Shown piece by piece: positions 1 through 8,454 of a DNA stretch of 57,766 nt. Both the position numbers and the translations under genes were made by a program. The stretch comes from Candidatus Nomurabacteria bacterium. GTDB lineage: Bacteria > Patescibacteriota > Minisyncoccia > Phycocordibacterales > UBA9973. Where the stretch lies: contig JAHFNO010000007.1 of the NCBI GenBank assembly GCA_023267275.1, positions 1-57,766 of the forward strand, in the 5' to 3' direction. The notes beneath the pieces were generated by a model. The model was not told where the DNA came from. It saw only the letters and a list, made by a program, of their open reading frames with translations, and did not search any database. Positions within the stretch are counted from its first letter, which is position 1, and the number at the start of each line of letters is the position of its first letter.

Positions 1-192
1 TACATCCACGCTTTTTTAATATGTAAATTTGATTTCTGTCTTCCTTCTGTATTCGAGAAATTTTTTTTTGCTTTCATACAATACAGAATACTTTGATGCA
101 ATACAAAACGGAAATTCGGTACATATTGTTTTGGGGTGAATTATATTCTTAAAAATTTCTTGAGAGTTTAATTCACCTTTAAAACAAAAAAA

Positions 193-666
193 ATGTTAAA
201 CCAGACACAAAAAATTTCGACCGATTACAGATGGCTCAAGCTAATTGGCTTAGTTGCCACTGCTGGAGCAATATGTGTGGCTAGTTCCATGCTATTTATA
301 AAAAACCGGGAGCAATATTCTAATGCCATGTGGGCAACTGTAGGATTTTTGTCTTTAGGGTTTTCATTTATTTATACCGCGAGACAACTTACCCAGTCTG
401 CCAAGCGGCGTATTAAGGTGCAGAAAGATGAAGAAACAATAAGCGCCATTGAAGCATTTGTGCAACGGATGAAATCCGGAGACAAATTGCTAAACAGCTT
501 CTTTGTTGAAAGACTGTTTCTGGATTACGATCGTGGAATGGCTGAATTGAAAAACGGCCAAATTGATACGATTTTTGGAATCCTTCTTATCATTCTCAAA
601 AATGTAAAAGGAACCCAGTACGAAAGTATTGTTCAAAATCTTATCGATAAAGTAAAAGAAATGTAA
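193..666 (+). CDS. hypothetical membrane protein (two N-terminal hydrophobic segments)
   Basis: 157-aa ORF with two TM-like stretches; no recognised family. Confidence 0.65.
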   Translation: MLNQTQKISTDYRWLKLIGLVATAGAICVASSMLFIKNREQYSNAMWATVGFLSLGFSFIYTARQLTQSAKRRIKVQKDEETISAIEAFVQRMKSGDKLLNSFFVERLFLDYDRGMAELKNGQIDTIFGILLIILKNVKGTQYESIVQNLIDKVKEM

Positions 667-703
667 TTTCTGTAAAAATTCACCAAATAAAAAAACAAGA
701 AGC

Positions 704-1180
704 ATGAGAAAAATGATCATCGCGCTTTGCGCTACTGTTGCTTTCGGGCAAATCGCTTACGCCCAGACCGGATTCAAAACGGTGGGTAATATTGATGTGA
801 CCGCCAAAAAAATCGGGATCGTTATAACGTATACCGACAACCAGTATGACAATGGCGGAAAAGGATTAGTTGTCAGGTATGAATCGATTGATACAGCCGG
901 CCAGCCTTTCCAAAAGGCTACCATTGATTCATGGACAGATCCTTCTGGTGCGGTTGGCCACTTAGTTGCGGAGGGCCAAATAAGCAATGGAGAGCAACAT
1001 GTTTCCGGCGCCAATGAAATCCGGGCCACGAATGAGGCAATTATCGTTACGCGATTTTTGCCGAATGATAAAGATCCCCAGACTGCCGTAAAGACAGTTT
1101 ATATCTTTAAAAAAAATGTTGCTGTCCGTGAAGTTCTTTATGCGGATGGCCGAAAAGAAAAAGAACAGGTTCTTCCATAA
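704..1180 (+). CDS. hypothetical secreted protein
   Basis: Signal-peptide-like N-terminus MRKMIIALCATVAFGQIAYA-Q; followed by a terminator. Confidence 0.7.
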   Translation: MRKMIIALCATVAFGQIAYAQTGFKTVGNIDVTAKKIGIVITYTDNQYDNGGKGLVVRYESIDTAGQPFQKATIDSWTDPSGAVGHLVAEGQISNGEQHVSGANEIRATNEAIIVTRFLPNDKDPQTAVKTVYIFKKNVAVREVLYADGRKEKEQVLP

Positions 1181-1198
1181 GGAAGAATCGAAATATTC

Positions 1199-1233
1199 AA
1201 ACAGCGTCAATAATTATTGACGCTGTTTTTTTT
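1199..1233 (+). terminator. intrinsic terminator (perfect 30-bp palindrome plus T tract)
   Basis: aaacagcgtcaataa|ttattgacgctgttt followed by T run. Confidence 0.75.
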
Positions 1234-1244
1234 GTATAAAACTC

Positions 1245-1272
1245 AAAGCAAAAACCAAACAGCAAAAAGCAA
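1245..1272. repeat. heptamer array; 20 nt identical to 1751-1770
   Basis: aaagcaa aaaccaa acagcaa aaagcaa; caaaaaccaaacagcaaaaa occurs at 1249-1268 and 1751-1770. Confidence 0.7.
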
Positions 1273-1391
1273 TTCTTTCAGTATCCCCAGATTTGCCGTT
1301 TCCTCTGTTGCATGGTCTAGAATATTGATATAATAAGAGCGAAAGGTATTTTTATGTGCATCATTATTAATTAGGGTGCTAATTTAAATGT

Positions 1392-1628
1392 ATGATGAAA
1401 GGTTGTGGAATGCATAAGCTTGCTGGTGCGTTGGTTATTATTGGCGGACTCAACTGGGGTCTTGTTGGTATCGGAATGCTCATGAAGAGCAACTGGGACG
1501 TAGTAAACCTTGTTCTTGGTAGTTGGCCAATGGCAGAAGCGATTGTATACATCCTTGTTGGTGTTGCAACAGTTATGATGCTTATGGGTTGTAAGTGTGA
1601 GAAGTGCAAGGCAGGCGGAGCAATGTAG
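1392..1628 (+). CDS. DUF378-family small membrane protein
   Basis: LVIIGGLNWGLVG and IVYILVG motifs typical of DUF378. Confidence 0.85.
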   Translation: MMKGCGMHKLAGALVIIGGLNWGLVGIGMLMKSNWDVVNLVLGSWPMAEAIVYILVGVATVMMLMGCKCEKCKAGGAM

Positions 1629-1656
1629 TCTCGAGGACTCATTTCTTGTATCTCTC

Positions 1657-1693
1657 GAAAACCCCGATTTTGCGTAGCAAAATCGGGGTTTTC
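1657..1693. terminator. long hairpin, probable terminator
   Basis: gaaaaccccgattttgc-gta-gcaaaatcggggttttc. Confidence 0.7.
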
Positions 1694-1745
1694 AAATGCC
1701 TCTTTTTGTGGTAAATTGGGCTAGTATTTGTGTTTGCATTTGCCT

Positions 1746-1773
1746 AACACCAAAAACCAAACAGCAAAAACCA
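1746..1773. repeat. heptamer array upstream of GT2 start
   Basis: aacacca aaaacca aacagca aaaacca. Confidence 0.75.
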
Positions 1774-1780
1774 CCCTTGT

Positions 1781-3028
1781 ATGGAGCCTATTTTTAATGT
1801 CATTTTCTATGCACTTACTTTCTGCGCGGTCTACGTGGAGATTTTTTTTCTATACACGTTTATCGAACGAAAGGATGAAATCGTAACTCGACTCGATGAT
1901 CGACCAGACCGTGTCTACCCAAGTGTTACCGTTATTGTGCCATGCTGGAACGAACAAGATACCGTAAAAGGCACCGTTGATTCTTTGCTTGCACTCGATT
2001 ATCCAAAAGACAAACTACACATTATGCTCGTGGATGACGGATCTACCGACAATACGTGGAAGGTCTTGCAAGAGTTTGCCAACATCCCAGGCATTCAAAT
2101 TTTTCAAAAAGAAAACGGCGGAAAACACACCGCAATGAATCTTGGAATCACGCATGCAACGACTGAATTTATCGGTTGTCTTGATGCTGATTCATTTGTC
2201 ACTTCAAGCGCACTCAAACGTATGATTCCGTATTTTGATGATCCTGAAGTGATGGCAGTTTCTCCTTCTATTATCGTCAACAATCCAAAGCGACACATTG
2301 AATGGGCACAAATGATTGAGTATCAGCTTTCAGTCTACATCAAAAAAATGCTTGGTTTGATGAATGGAATTCATGTGACCCCTGGACCATTTTCTATCTA
2401 CCGCATCGCTGTGTTTAAAAATCTTGGATTGTATCGCCTAGCACACAAAACAGAAGATATGGAAATTGCTTACCGTATGCATGAGCATGGTTACCGTATT
2501 GAACAATGTCACGACGCAGTGGTAAATACCAAAACCCCTCCGACAATTTACAAACTCTATCGTCAACGCCTTCGCTGGATTTACGGCTTTATCAATAACA
2601 CAATTGATTATCGTCGTTTGTTGTTCCGTAAAAAATATGGCACATTCGCTCTCTTTACAGTACCTGCGGGAATCGTTTCGATTTTTGCTGCGACCTATCT
2701 ATTTATTTACATGCTCTATTCATGGGGTAAGGTGATTGTGAATACTTTTTTACAAATTCAAGCCGTGGGGGTAAAGGCAACCACACTCAACTCGCATGTA
2801 TCCCTCGATTTGTTTTTTGTGAGTACGCATGCGCTCGTATTTATTTCAATTATACTGTACATTTTTGTTTTCATTTCTTTGCTGATTGGCTCAAAGATGG
2901 CAACAGGGAAGTTTCGTCCATCATTTGCCATGGTGTGGTACATTATTATCTATAGTATTATTGCGCCAGTTTGGATTATTACGGCATTGTTCAATACGAT
3001 TACACGGCGCGAGACATCGTGGAGATAA
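1781..3028 (+). CDS. GT2 processive glycosyltransferase (PgaC/IcaA/cellulose-synthase-like)
   Basis: DDGSTD, DAD, TED and QRLRW (QxxRW) motifs; N- and C-terminal TM helices. Confidence 0.9.
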   Translation: MEPIFNVIFYALTFCAVYVEIFFLYTFIERKDEIVTRLDDRPDRVYPSVTVIVPCWNEQDTVKGTVDSLLALDYPKDKLHIMLVDDGSTDNTWKVLQEFANIPGIQIFQKENGGKHTAMNLGITHATTEFIGCLDADSFVTSSALKRMIPYFDDPEVMAVSPSIIVNNPKRHIEWAQMIEYQLSVYIKKMLGLMNGIHVTPGPFSIYRIAVFKNLGLYRLAHKTEDMEIAYRMHEHGYRIEQCHDAVVNTKTPPTIYKLYRQRLRWIYGFINNTIDYRRLLFRKKYGTFALFTVPAGIVSIFAATYLFIYMLYSWGKVIVNTFLQIQAVGVKATTLNSHVSLDLFFVSTHALVFISIILYIFVFISLLIGSKMATGKFRPSFAMVWYIIIYSIIAPVWIITALFNTITRRETSWR

Positions 3029-3115
3029 AAAATCACTAAAACAATAAACATGAAAACATTAAAACAATAATTAAAATAAAAACTGTTCCCTTATCACTAA
3101 TCCCTTAGCCCTAAT

Positions 3116-3823
3116 ATGCAGAATACAAACACAAACAAAAATAGCATTTCAAAATATCTCGTCGTATTTCTTATTACGCTCGGATTGTTTGCGACGGTTT
3201 TTTACGTTAGTAGTACGCTTACCAACAAAAAGCTTACAGAATTGAATACGATTCAAAACAACATTTCCACTGATCTCTTGTCCGCTGAAACCCAGTATTC
3301 TTTGCTCGGCGAACTCGATTGTAGCCAGGTTTCAAATTCTGTACTTTCTGATCAGCTCAACGAACTTTCAAAAAAGATCAGCTATCTTGAAAGTAGTAGT
3401 GGAAAATCTGATGAGCTTACTCAGCTTGAAAAACAGTATTCATTGCTTGAAATCAAAGATTATCTCTTGATGAAAGCCATCACCAAGCGCTGCGGTCAGA
3501 AATCAGTATTTATTCTGTACTTCTATACAACAAGCGAGAATTGTAGTGAGTGTGTGAAGCAAGGATATGTACTCACCGATTTGCGCGAAAAGTATCCAGC
3601 ACTCCGCGTGTACTCGTTCGACTACGGTCTCAACCTCTCCGCGGTGGAAACGCTCATCAAGGTCTACAACGTGCAGGATACAAAGCTTCCAGCGCTTGTA
3701 TCAGATGGCAATATCTACACAGGATTCCATAGTGTGGAAGATATCGAAAAGCTCATCCCAAAACTCAAGGATACCTTGAAGAATCCAGCTCCTGTAAAAA
3801 GTACAAGCACAACAAATCAATAA
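3116..3823 (+). CDS. membrane-anchored protein with coiled coil and C-terminal thioredoxin-like CxxC domain
   Basis: N-terminal TM; ILYFYTTSENCSEC followed by a LPALV cis-Pro-like motif. Confidence 0.7.
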   Translation: MQNTNTNKNSISKYLVVFLITLGLFATVFYVSSTLTNKKLTELNTIQNNISTDLLSAETQYSLLGELDCSQVSNSVLSDQLNELSKKISYLESSSGKSDELTQLEKQYSLLEIKDYLLMKAITKRCGQKSVFILYFYTTSENCSECVKQGYVLTDLREKYPALRVYSFDYGLNLSAVETLIKVYNVQDTKLPALVSDGNIYTGFHSVEDIEKLIPKLKDTLKNPAPVKSTSTTNQ

Positions 3824-3828
3824 AATAT

Positions 3829-3974
3829 ATGAATTTGGAAGAAATTACAATAATTAAGTCGGACGACAGGGGAGTTATTTATGATTGCGGTAAATCAAAT
3901 TTTATTGTGCTCCGAATGAGTATCATAAACTCGTTGCACTTACAGATATTGAACTTGTTATTGATAGAAATTAG
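3829..3974 (+). pseudogene. cupin-like gene remnant with internal deletion or frameshift
   Basis: MNLEEITIIKSDDRGVIYDCGKSNFI joins out of frame to APNEYHKLVALTDIELVIDRN* (cupin motif-2-like). Confidence 0.55.
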
Positions 3975-3980
3975 TATTTT

Positions 3981-4016
3981 AAAAAAACCAGCAAGGTCGG
4001 ACCTTGCTGGTTTTTT
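3981..4016. terminator. bidirectional terminator
   Basis: aaaaaaccagcaaggtc-g-gaccttgctggtttttt between convergent ORFs. Confidence 0.8.
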
Positions 4017-4031
4017 AAGGTGAAATTCTGA

Positions 4032-4466
4032 TTACTTATTTTTGATATATTTCTCAGTTCGCCAACTCCTGCCTTTTCCAGCATTAAAATTTTTATAAAA
4101 TTCAGTTAGAGAGTGACAATTAGGGCAGAGAAGACGCAAATTTTTTTCAAGGTTATTTCGTGAATTACCATCTATATGGTCAATTTCGAGCGGAACTTTA
4201 CCAGATTTTGGATGATGCTTATTCCATCCGCAATCAGAGCATTTATCTTTAAATTTTTCTCGTAAATATCTTTTCAGTGGCCCAGCAATATTGCCAGTAC
4301 TGATTCCAACATTACCTGATTGTTTTCCTTGTTTCCATTCAGTAATATATTTTTTATATTGTAGTTCGCGTTGGCATTTATTTGAACAATACACGTATTG
4401 ATGCGTGACAAGTAGTATTGTGCAATTTTTACAGTGTCTTATGCGTCTCACCTGTACATTGTACAA
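4032..4466 (-). CDS. HNH endonuclease with Zn-binding Cys motifs
   Basis: CSDC...LEIDHIDGNSRNN..NLRLLCPNCH; N-terminal CKNC/YCSNKC; start uncertain. Confidence 0.88.
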   Translation of the reverse strand: MYNVQVRRIRHCKNCTILLVTHQYVYCSNKCQRELQYKKYITEWKQGKQSGNVGISTGNIAGPLKRYLREKFKDKCSDCGWNKHHPKSGKVPLEIDHIDGNSRNNLEKNLRLLCPNCHSLTEFYKNFNAGKGRSWRTEKYIKNK

Positions 4467-4470
4467 TTGT

Positions 4471-4512
4471 AAACGGAGACCAACAAGTAGTACTACTTGT
4501 TGGTCTCCGTTT
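4471..4512. repeat. perfect 42-bp palindrome
   Basis: aaacggagaccaacaagtagt|actacttgttggtctccgttt. Confidence 0.9.
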
Positions 4513-4514
4513 TT

Positions 4515-4534
4515 TGAGCCGGCAACAGGACTCG
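4515..4534 (-). repeat. direct duplicate of tRNA-Thr 3' end
   Basis: 4515-4530 identical to 4682-4697; 19/20 over 4515-4534. Confidence 0.85.
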
Positions 4535-4683
4535 GCTACCACGTAGTCAGGTATTTTTCAATTTCGAGTTGTGAGTATATACTCTCAATAATGAAAAATC
4601 TTTCGAATCCTGACGCAAGCAAAGAAGTTTGCTTGCTTTGCCGGATCAATAAAAAAGACCACCTTTCGGTGGCTTTTTATATG

Positions 4684-4756
4684 AGCCGGCAACAGGATTC
4701 GAACCCGTGACATCAACTTTACAAAAGTTGCGCTCTACCAACTGAGCTATGCCGGC
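4684..4756 (-). tRNA. tRNA-Thr(UGU), CCA not encoded
   Basis: GCCGGCATAGCTCAGTTGGTAGAGCG-CAACT-TTTGTAA-AGTTG...GGGTTCGAATCC-TGTTGCCGGCT cloverleaf. Confidence 0.96.
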
Positions 4757-4825
4757 TTTGTTTCGGTTTCAATATACTAGCATATTTTAAAAATATTGCA
4801 CCTTTTTATATCTTAAACAGAACTC

Positions 4826-5188
4826 TTATAATTCACCCTTATGTTCCCGAATCTGTTTGAGGAAACCAGATGGTTTGCCTTTTACGGGGAGGTGACCATT
4901 TTTGTGGATCACATGCATGAGACGGTCTTTGATATTTTTATCTGTTCGCTTTACCCAGTTTGTTGTAATGATCCATACTTTGAGTAAGAAAAGTACAAAG
5001 TGATGAATACTAAACTTGAGCAATTCAATAAGTCGAGCTCGCACCGATTCAATTGAGAGATCAGTCCATTCGGCTTCCTCATACGAACCCGCAACGATCT
5101 GTCCTTTTCGGATTTGCCAGATTTTGCGGGTAATCATTGCAAACGCAACGACGAGGGCGATAAAAAAAATGATGATGGTGGAGAGCAT
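4826..5188 (-). CDS. hypothetical membrane protein
   Basis: 120-aa ORF with N-terminal TM, co-oriented with tsf. Confidence 0.7.
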   Translation of the reverse strand: MLSTIIIFFIALVVAFAMITRKIWQIRKGQIVAGSYEEAEWTDLSIESVRARLIELLKFSIHHFVLFLLKVWIITTNWVKRTDKNIKDRLMHVIHKNGHLPVKGKPSGFLKQIREHKGEL

Positions 5189-5201
5189 GGATTTAAATAA
5201 T

Positions 5202-5314
5202 AATTTTTAATTTCAAATTTTTAATTTTATAAATAATACATTAATATCTGAATATTTTAATATTAATTCATTTGGATATTGTTTAAAAATTAAAAATGGA
5301 AAAATTATAAAATT
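5202..5314. repeat. AT-rich self-inverted octamer-arm element, copy 1
   Basis: Reverse complement is nearly identical to 6157-6277. Confidence 0.85.
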
Positions 5315-5323
5315 GTGTAAGAA

Positions 5324-6103
5324 CTATGCTGTCGCTACGCGCACAAACTCAACAAGACTAGCACCTCCTTGTTTCAAAAGAGTTTCTACCGTGATGTCTG
5401 GATTCTTAATAAAAGATTGATCAAGAAGTGTACGCTCTTTGAAGAATGTGTCGATTTTTCCAGCAAGCATTTTTTCTTTGATTTCAGCTGGCTTGTCTGA
5501 GTTTGCAACTTCTTCAGCGAAGAGCGCTTTTACTTTTTCTGATGCGTCAGCTGGTACATCTGCGCGAGTTTTGTATTCAGGATTCATTGCTGCGATATGC
5601 ATTGCAATATCCTTTGCGAGCGCTTCAGTACCACCAGAGAGGCCTACAAGAACGCCTACGCGACCATCGTGTACATATGAGCCTACGATTGGAGCAGAGA
5701 CTGTTGCAATCTCTCCAAGCTGAATGTTCTCACCGAGTTTTTGAATAGCAGAACCGATAAGGTCTGGGGCAGCTTTTTCAGCTTCCTCTTTTCCTTTTTC
5801 GAGCGCCATAGTTGCGAGAGTGTCAGCGAGAGTAGTGAAGTCGCTGTTTTTTGCAACGAAGTCTGTCTCACAGCGGAGAACAAGCAAGAGACCCATGCCA
5901 TCTTTCTGTGCTTTTGCTACAGCACCTGCAGTAGCTTCACGATCAGATTTTTTAGCTGCGATTTCAGTTGATTTCTTTTTCAAGATGAGAAGCGCTTTTT
6001 CTTTATCGCCATCTGCCTCTTCAAGAGCTTTTTTACACTGCATAACTGAAACGCCAGTAGCGTCTCGCAATTCTTTTACTTGTTCTGTGGTGATTGTTGC
6101 CAT
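5324..6103 (-). CDS. tsf: elongation factor Ts
   Basis: VKELRDATG..MQCKKAL, CETDFVA, AMHIAA motifs; downstream of rpsB. Confidence 0.98.
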   Translation of the reverse strand: MATITTEQVKELRDATGVSVMQCKKALEEADGDKEKALLILKKKSTEIAAKKSDREATAGAVAKAQKDGMGLLLVLRCETDFVAKNSDFTTLADTLATMALEKGKEEAEKAAPDLIGSAIQKLGENIQLGEIATVSAPIVGSYVHDGRVGVLVGLSGGTEALAKDIAMHIAAMNPEYKTRADVPADASEKVKALFAEEVANSDKPAEIKEKMLAGKIDTFFKERTLLDQSFIKNPDITVETLLKQGGASLVEFVRVATA

Positions 6104-6156
6104 AATTTTTTAATTATATAATTTTTCTTTTAAATAAGAAATACAAAGCACTAGAT

Positions 6157-6277
6157 AATTTTATAATTTTTCCATTTTTAATTTTTAAACAATATCCAAA
6201 TACTAAAATGAATTACTATTTATAACATTCAGATATTAATTATTATTTACAAAATTAAAAATTTGAAATTAAAAATT
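6157..6277. repeat. AT-rich self-inverted octamer-arm element, copy 2
   Basis: aattttataatttttccatttttaatttttaaacaatatccaaat...aaaattaaaaatttgaaattaaaaatt; inverted relative to copy 1. Confidence 0.85.
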
Positions 6278-6286
6278 CTTCGCGCT

Positions 6287-6976
6287 TTAATTCTGCTTGT
6301 ATGCGTCTGCAAGGAACTTCACAATGTATTCGATTGATGCACGTGATGCGTCGTTTGCAATGATAGGGTAGTCAGATACGGTGATATCACAGTCTGTACT
6401 TCCGAGAGCGATGATTGGCACTCCGAGGCGCTGTGCTTCAAGTACTGCAGAAACTTCTTTCTTTGGGTCTACGATAAGGAGGGCATCAGGAATACCTTTC
6501 AAAGAAACGATTCCAGCAAAAAGATCTTCCATCTTTGCGACTTCGCGGGCGATAAGAAGCTGTTCTTTCTTTGTATATTTCTTTTGGAGATCTCCAGAGA
6601 TTTTTGCTGCGCGGAGTTCCTCAAGACGATTGATACGCTTTTTGATTTCAGAGAAGTTTGTAAGCATTCCTCCAACCCAACGAGTTGTTACGAATGGCTG
6701 ACCAAGACCTTCTGCTGCGAGCTGAACTGCTACTTTTGCTTCTGGTTTTGAACCAACAAAAACAACAGTTTTGCCCTTTTGTCCGAGCTTGTTCATAAAC
6801 TCTGCTGCTTTCATGAGCTCTGCTTCTGTTTTCTCGATATCGATAATATCAACCTTGTTTTTTGTAGCAAAAAGGAATTTTGCTGCTGAAGGGTGACGGC
6901 GTGTTCGGGAATACCCGAAGTGTGCGCCAACTGCAAATAGCTCTTTTACGAGCGGAGATGACTTTGTGTCTTCCAT
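6287..6976 (-). CDS. rpsB: 30S ribosomal protein S2
   Basis: GAHFG, RWVGGMLTNF, PIIANDAS motifs. Confidence 0.98.
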   Translation of the reverse strand: MEDTKSSPLVKELFAVGAHFGYSRTRRHPSAAKFLFATKNKVDIIDIEKTEAELMKAAEFMNKLGQKGKTVVFVGSKPEAKVAVQLAAEGLGQPFVTTRWVGGMLTNFSEIKKRINRLEELRAAKISGDLQKKYTKKEQLLIAREVAKMEDLFAGIVSLKGIPDALLIVDPKKEVSAVLEAQRLGVPIIALGSTDCDITVSDYPIIANDASRASIEYIVKFLADAYKQN

Positions 6977-6983
6977 AAATAAA

Positions 6984-7015
6984 CTAGGTTCTAGGTGCTA
7001 GGTTTTAGGTGCTAG
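6984..7015. repeat. heptamer array next to rpsB start
   Basis: ctaggtt ctaggtg ctaggtt ttaggtg ctag. Confidence 0.8.
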
Positions 7016-7105
7016 CAGCCCAGTTAATTGTAATTCCGAGCGAAGGCTCGGTACAAACCGTTTTTAGGCATTTCAGCCAATTTACAGGGAAGAATTCTTG
7101 AGCCC

Positions 7106-7179
7106 AATTAAGAATTATTAATTAGGAATTAAAAATAGAATGCATTTCATTCCTAATTCTCAATTCCTCATTCCTAATT
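7106..7179. repeat. inverted heptamer arm pair with no gene, in rpsB leader
   Basis: aattaag aattatt aattagg aattaaa ... attccta attctca attcctc attccta att. Confidence 0.8.
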
Positions 7180-7240
7180 AGCTTTCCTCTCCCCACGGGA
7201 TGCCCAAGCATAGTAACAGAAATAAGGGTTTTTGGATATA

Positions 7241-7269
7241 TTGACAAAAATCAATTATAATGCTATCAT
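7241..7269 (+). promoter_or_regulatory. sigma70-type promoter
   Basis: TTGACA-17 bp-TATCAT with TG extension. Confidence 0.7.
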
Positions 7270-7307
7270 TCCATCAGAGAACAGGTCAGTTCTATAAAAT
7301 CAAAATC

Positions 7308-7664
7308 ATGATAAATAGTTTTGTTGTCGTTGAAAACGACATAGAGTACAAATTTACTCAAAAGCCCGTTGAGAGAGATGGGTTGTCAGAAATTTCAATT
7401 TCATTATTGTATGCTTTACTCATTAACCTTGAGGATTCAGCCAATATTATTGTCAACGGTAAGAGCTTAGTTATAAAGGATCCTATTTTAGGTTTTATGA
7501 AAGTTCGAATAGCTTCGTATGAAGAAGAGCTAATCAACACTAATGAGGAAAATCTGGATGTAAGGTGCTCTTTACACATAGAACGTTTAAGTGAAGATGA
7601 GGTTCCTGTACTTGAGAGTAGGGACACCTATTTTGTCAAGATAGAAGAAGGTAAGGTAATGTAA
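7308..7664 (+). CDS. hypothetical protein (AT-rich orphan)
   Basis: ORF 7260-7664; ATG 7308 chosen because it lies downstream of the promoter; terminator at about 7693-7722. Confidence 0.6.
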   Translation: MINSFVVVENDIEYKFTQKPVERDGLSEISISLLYALLINLEDSANIIVNGKSLVIKDPILGFMKVRIASYEEELINTNEENLDVRCSLHIERLSEDEVPVLESRDTYFVKIEEGKVM

Positions 7665-7729
7665 AATTATACGTGCTTAGCATAAGTATTTCAAAAGCAA
7701 TTCAGAAGTGGATTGCTTTTTTATTATAG

Positions 7730-7781
7730 AACACCCATTACTTTTGAAGTTTCGGCCGAAACTTAAAAAGTAATGGGTGTT
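7730..7781. repeat. near-perfect 52-bp palindrome
   Basis: aacacccattacttttgaagtttcgg|ccgaaacttaaaaagtaatgggtgtt. Confidence 0.8.
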
Positions 7782-7906
7782 TGATGGAATTGCTTGGTTT
7801 TCTTACGATTTAACTCGCGGTCGTTAGTGAAATCGTAAAGAGAATAAACTCGGAATATTATTGACATAGCTGGTTATTTGCTTATATTGTATAAAAACAA
7901 ATCGCT

Positions 7907-8344
7907 ATGAAGTTTTCATGTACACACAGGCTTAGCAAAAAGAAGCTTATGCCTCCGCTTCTTCATTTTTTTCCTGATTGCATAGTTGGCAATTTGGATC
8001 ACTCGATTACATTAGGCAAGTGTATTGTTGACGGAGATATGACGGTTAGACAAATTATTGACATGATTATTAGTACTACCGCCGATGATATATTTTTCTC
8101 TTCATATATGGAGGCAATTTCTTTGATTCAAGATGCAAAAAAATTGTTTATCCATAAAGGAAGAACTACTTTTGTTTTATACAAGGAAAATACAAGTTTG
8201 AAATTTTTACATGTGTATTATTGGGCAAAAGCGGGGAAGAAGTTCCGCACCTATGTAAAAGATGTAGATCTTGATCATATTTGGTCAGCCGATATAGGTA
8301 TCGTGGTTCTTTTTCAAAAAATGAAAAACGTTGAACTATATTAG
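7907..8344 (+). CDS. hypothetical protein (AT-rich orphan)
   Basis: 145-aa ORF; TTGACA at 7861; hairpin terminator at about 8372-8400. Confidence 0.6.
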   Translation: MKFSCTHRLSKKKLMPPLLHFFPDCIVGNLDHSITLGKCIVDGDMTVRQIIDMIISTTADDIFFSSYMEAISLIQDAKKLFIHKGRTTFVLYKENTSLKFLHVYYWAKAGKKFRTYVKDVDLDHIWSADIGIVVLFQKMKNVELY

Positions 8345-8454
8345 TTAATAGTTTCTACAAAATAGAAGTTTAAGGATGGCCGAAATGAGCCATCCTTTTT
8401 ATTTGTAAAAAGAGCGTTTGTAAGGTACTATCGACTCATAAGTAACTAATATAT

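Noticed and set aside
7016-7205. GAGGAAAG...GGGCTC on the minus strand resembling the RNase P RNA P4 region
   Set aside because: The motif is interrupted by the heptamer insert, there is no convincing 3' P4 partner, and the region is too short. It is better explained as the rpsB leader.
7748-7763. AGTTTCGGCCGAAACT as a parS site
   Set aside because: The centre differs from the TGTTTCACGTGAAACA consensus, and it is the core of a longer palindrome.
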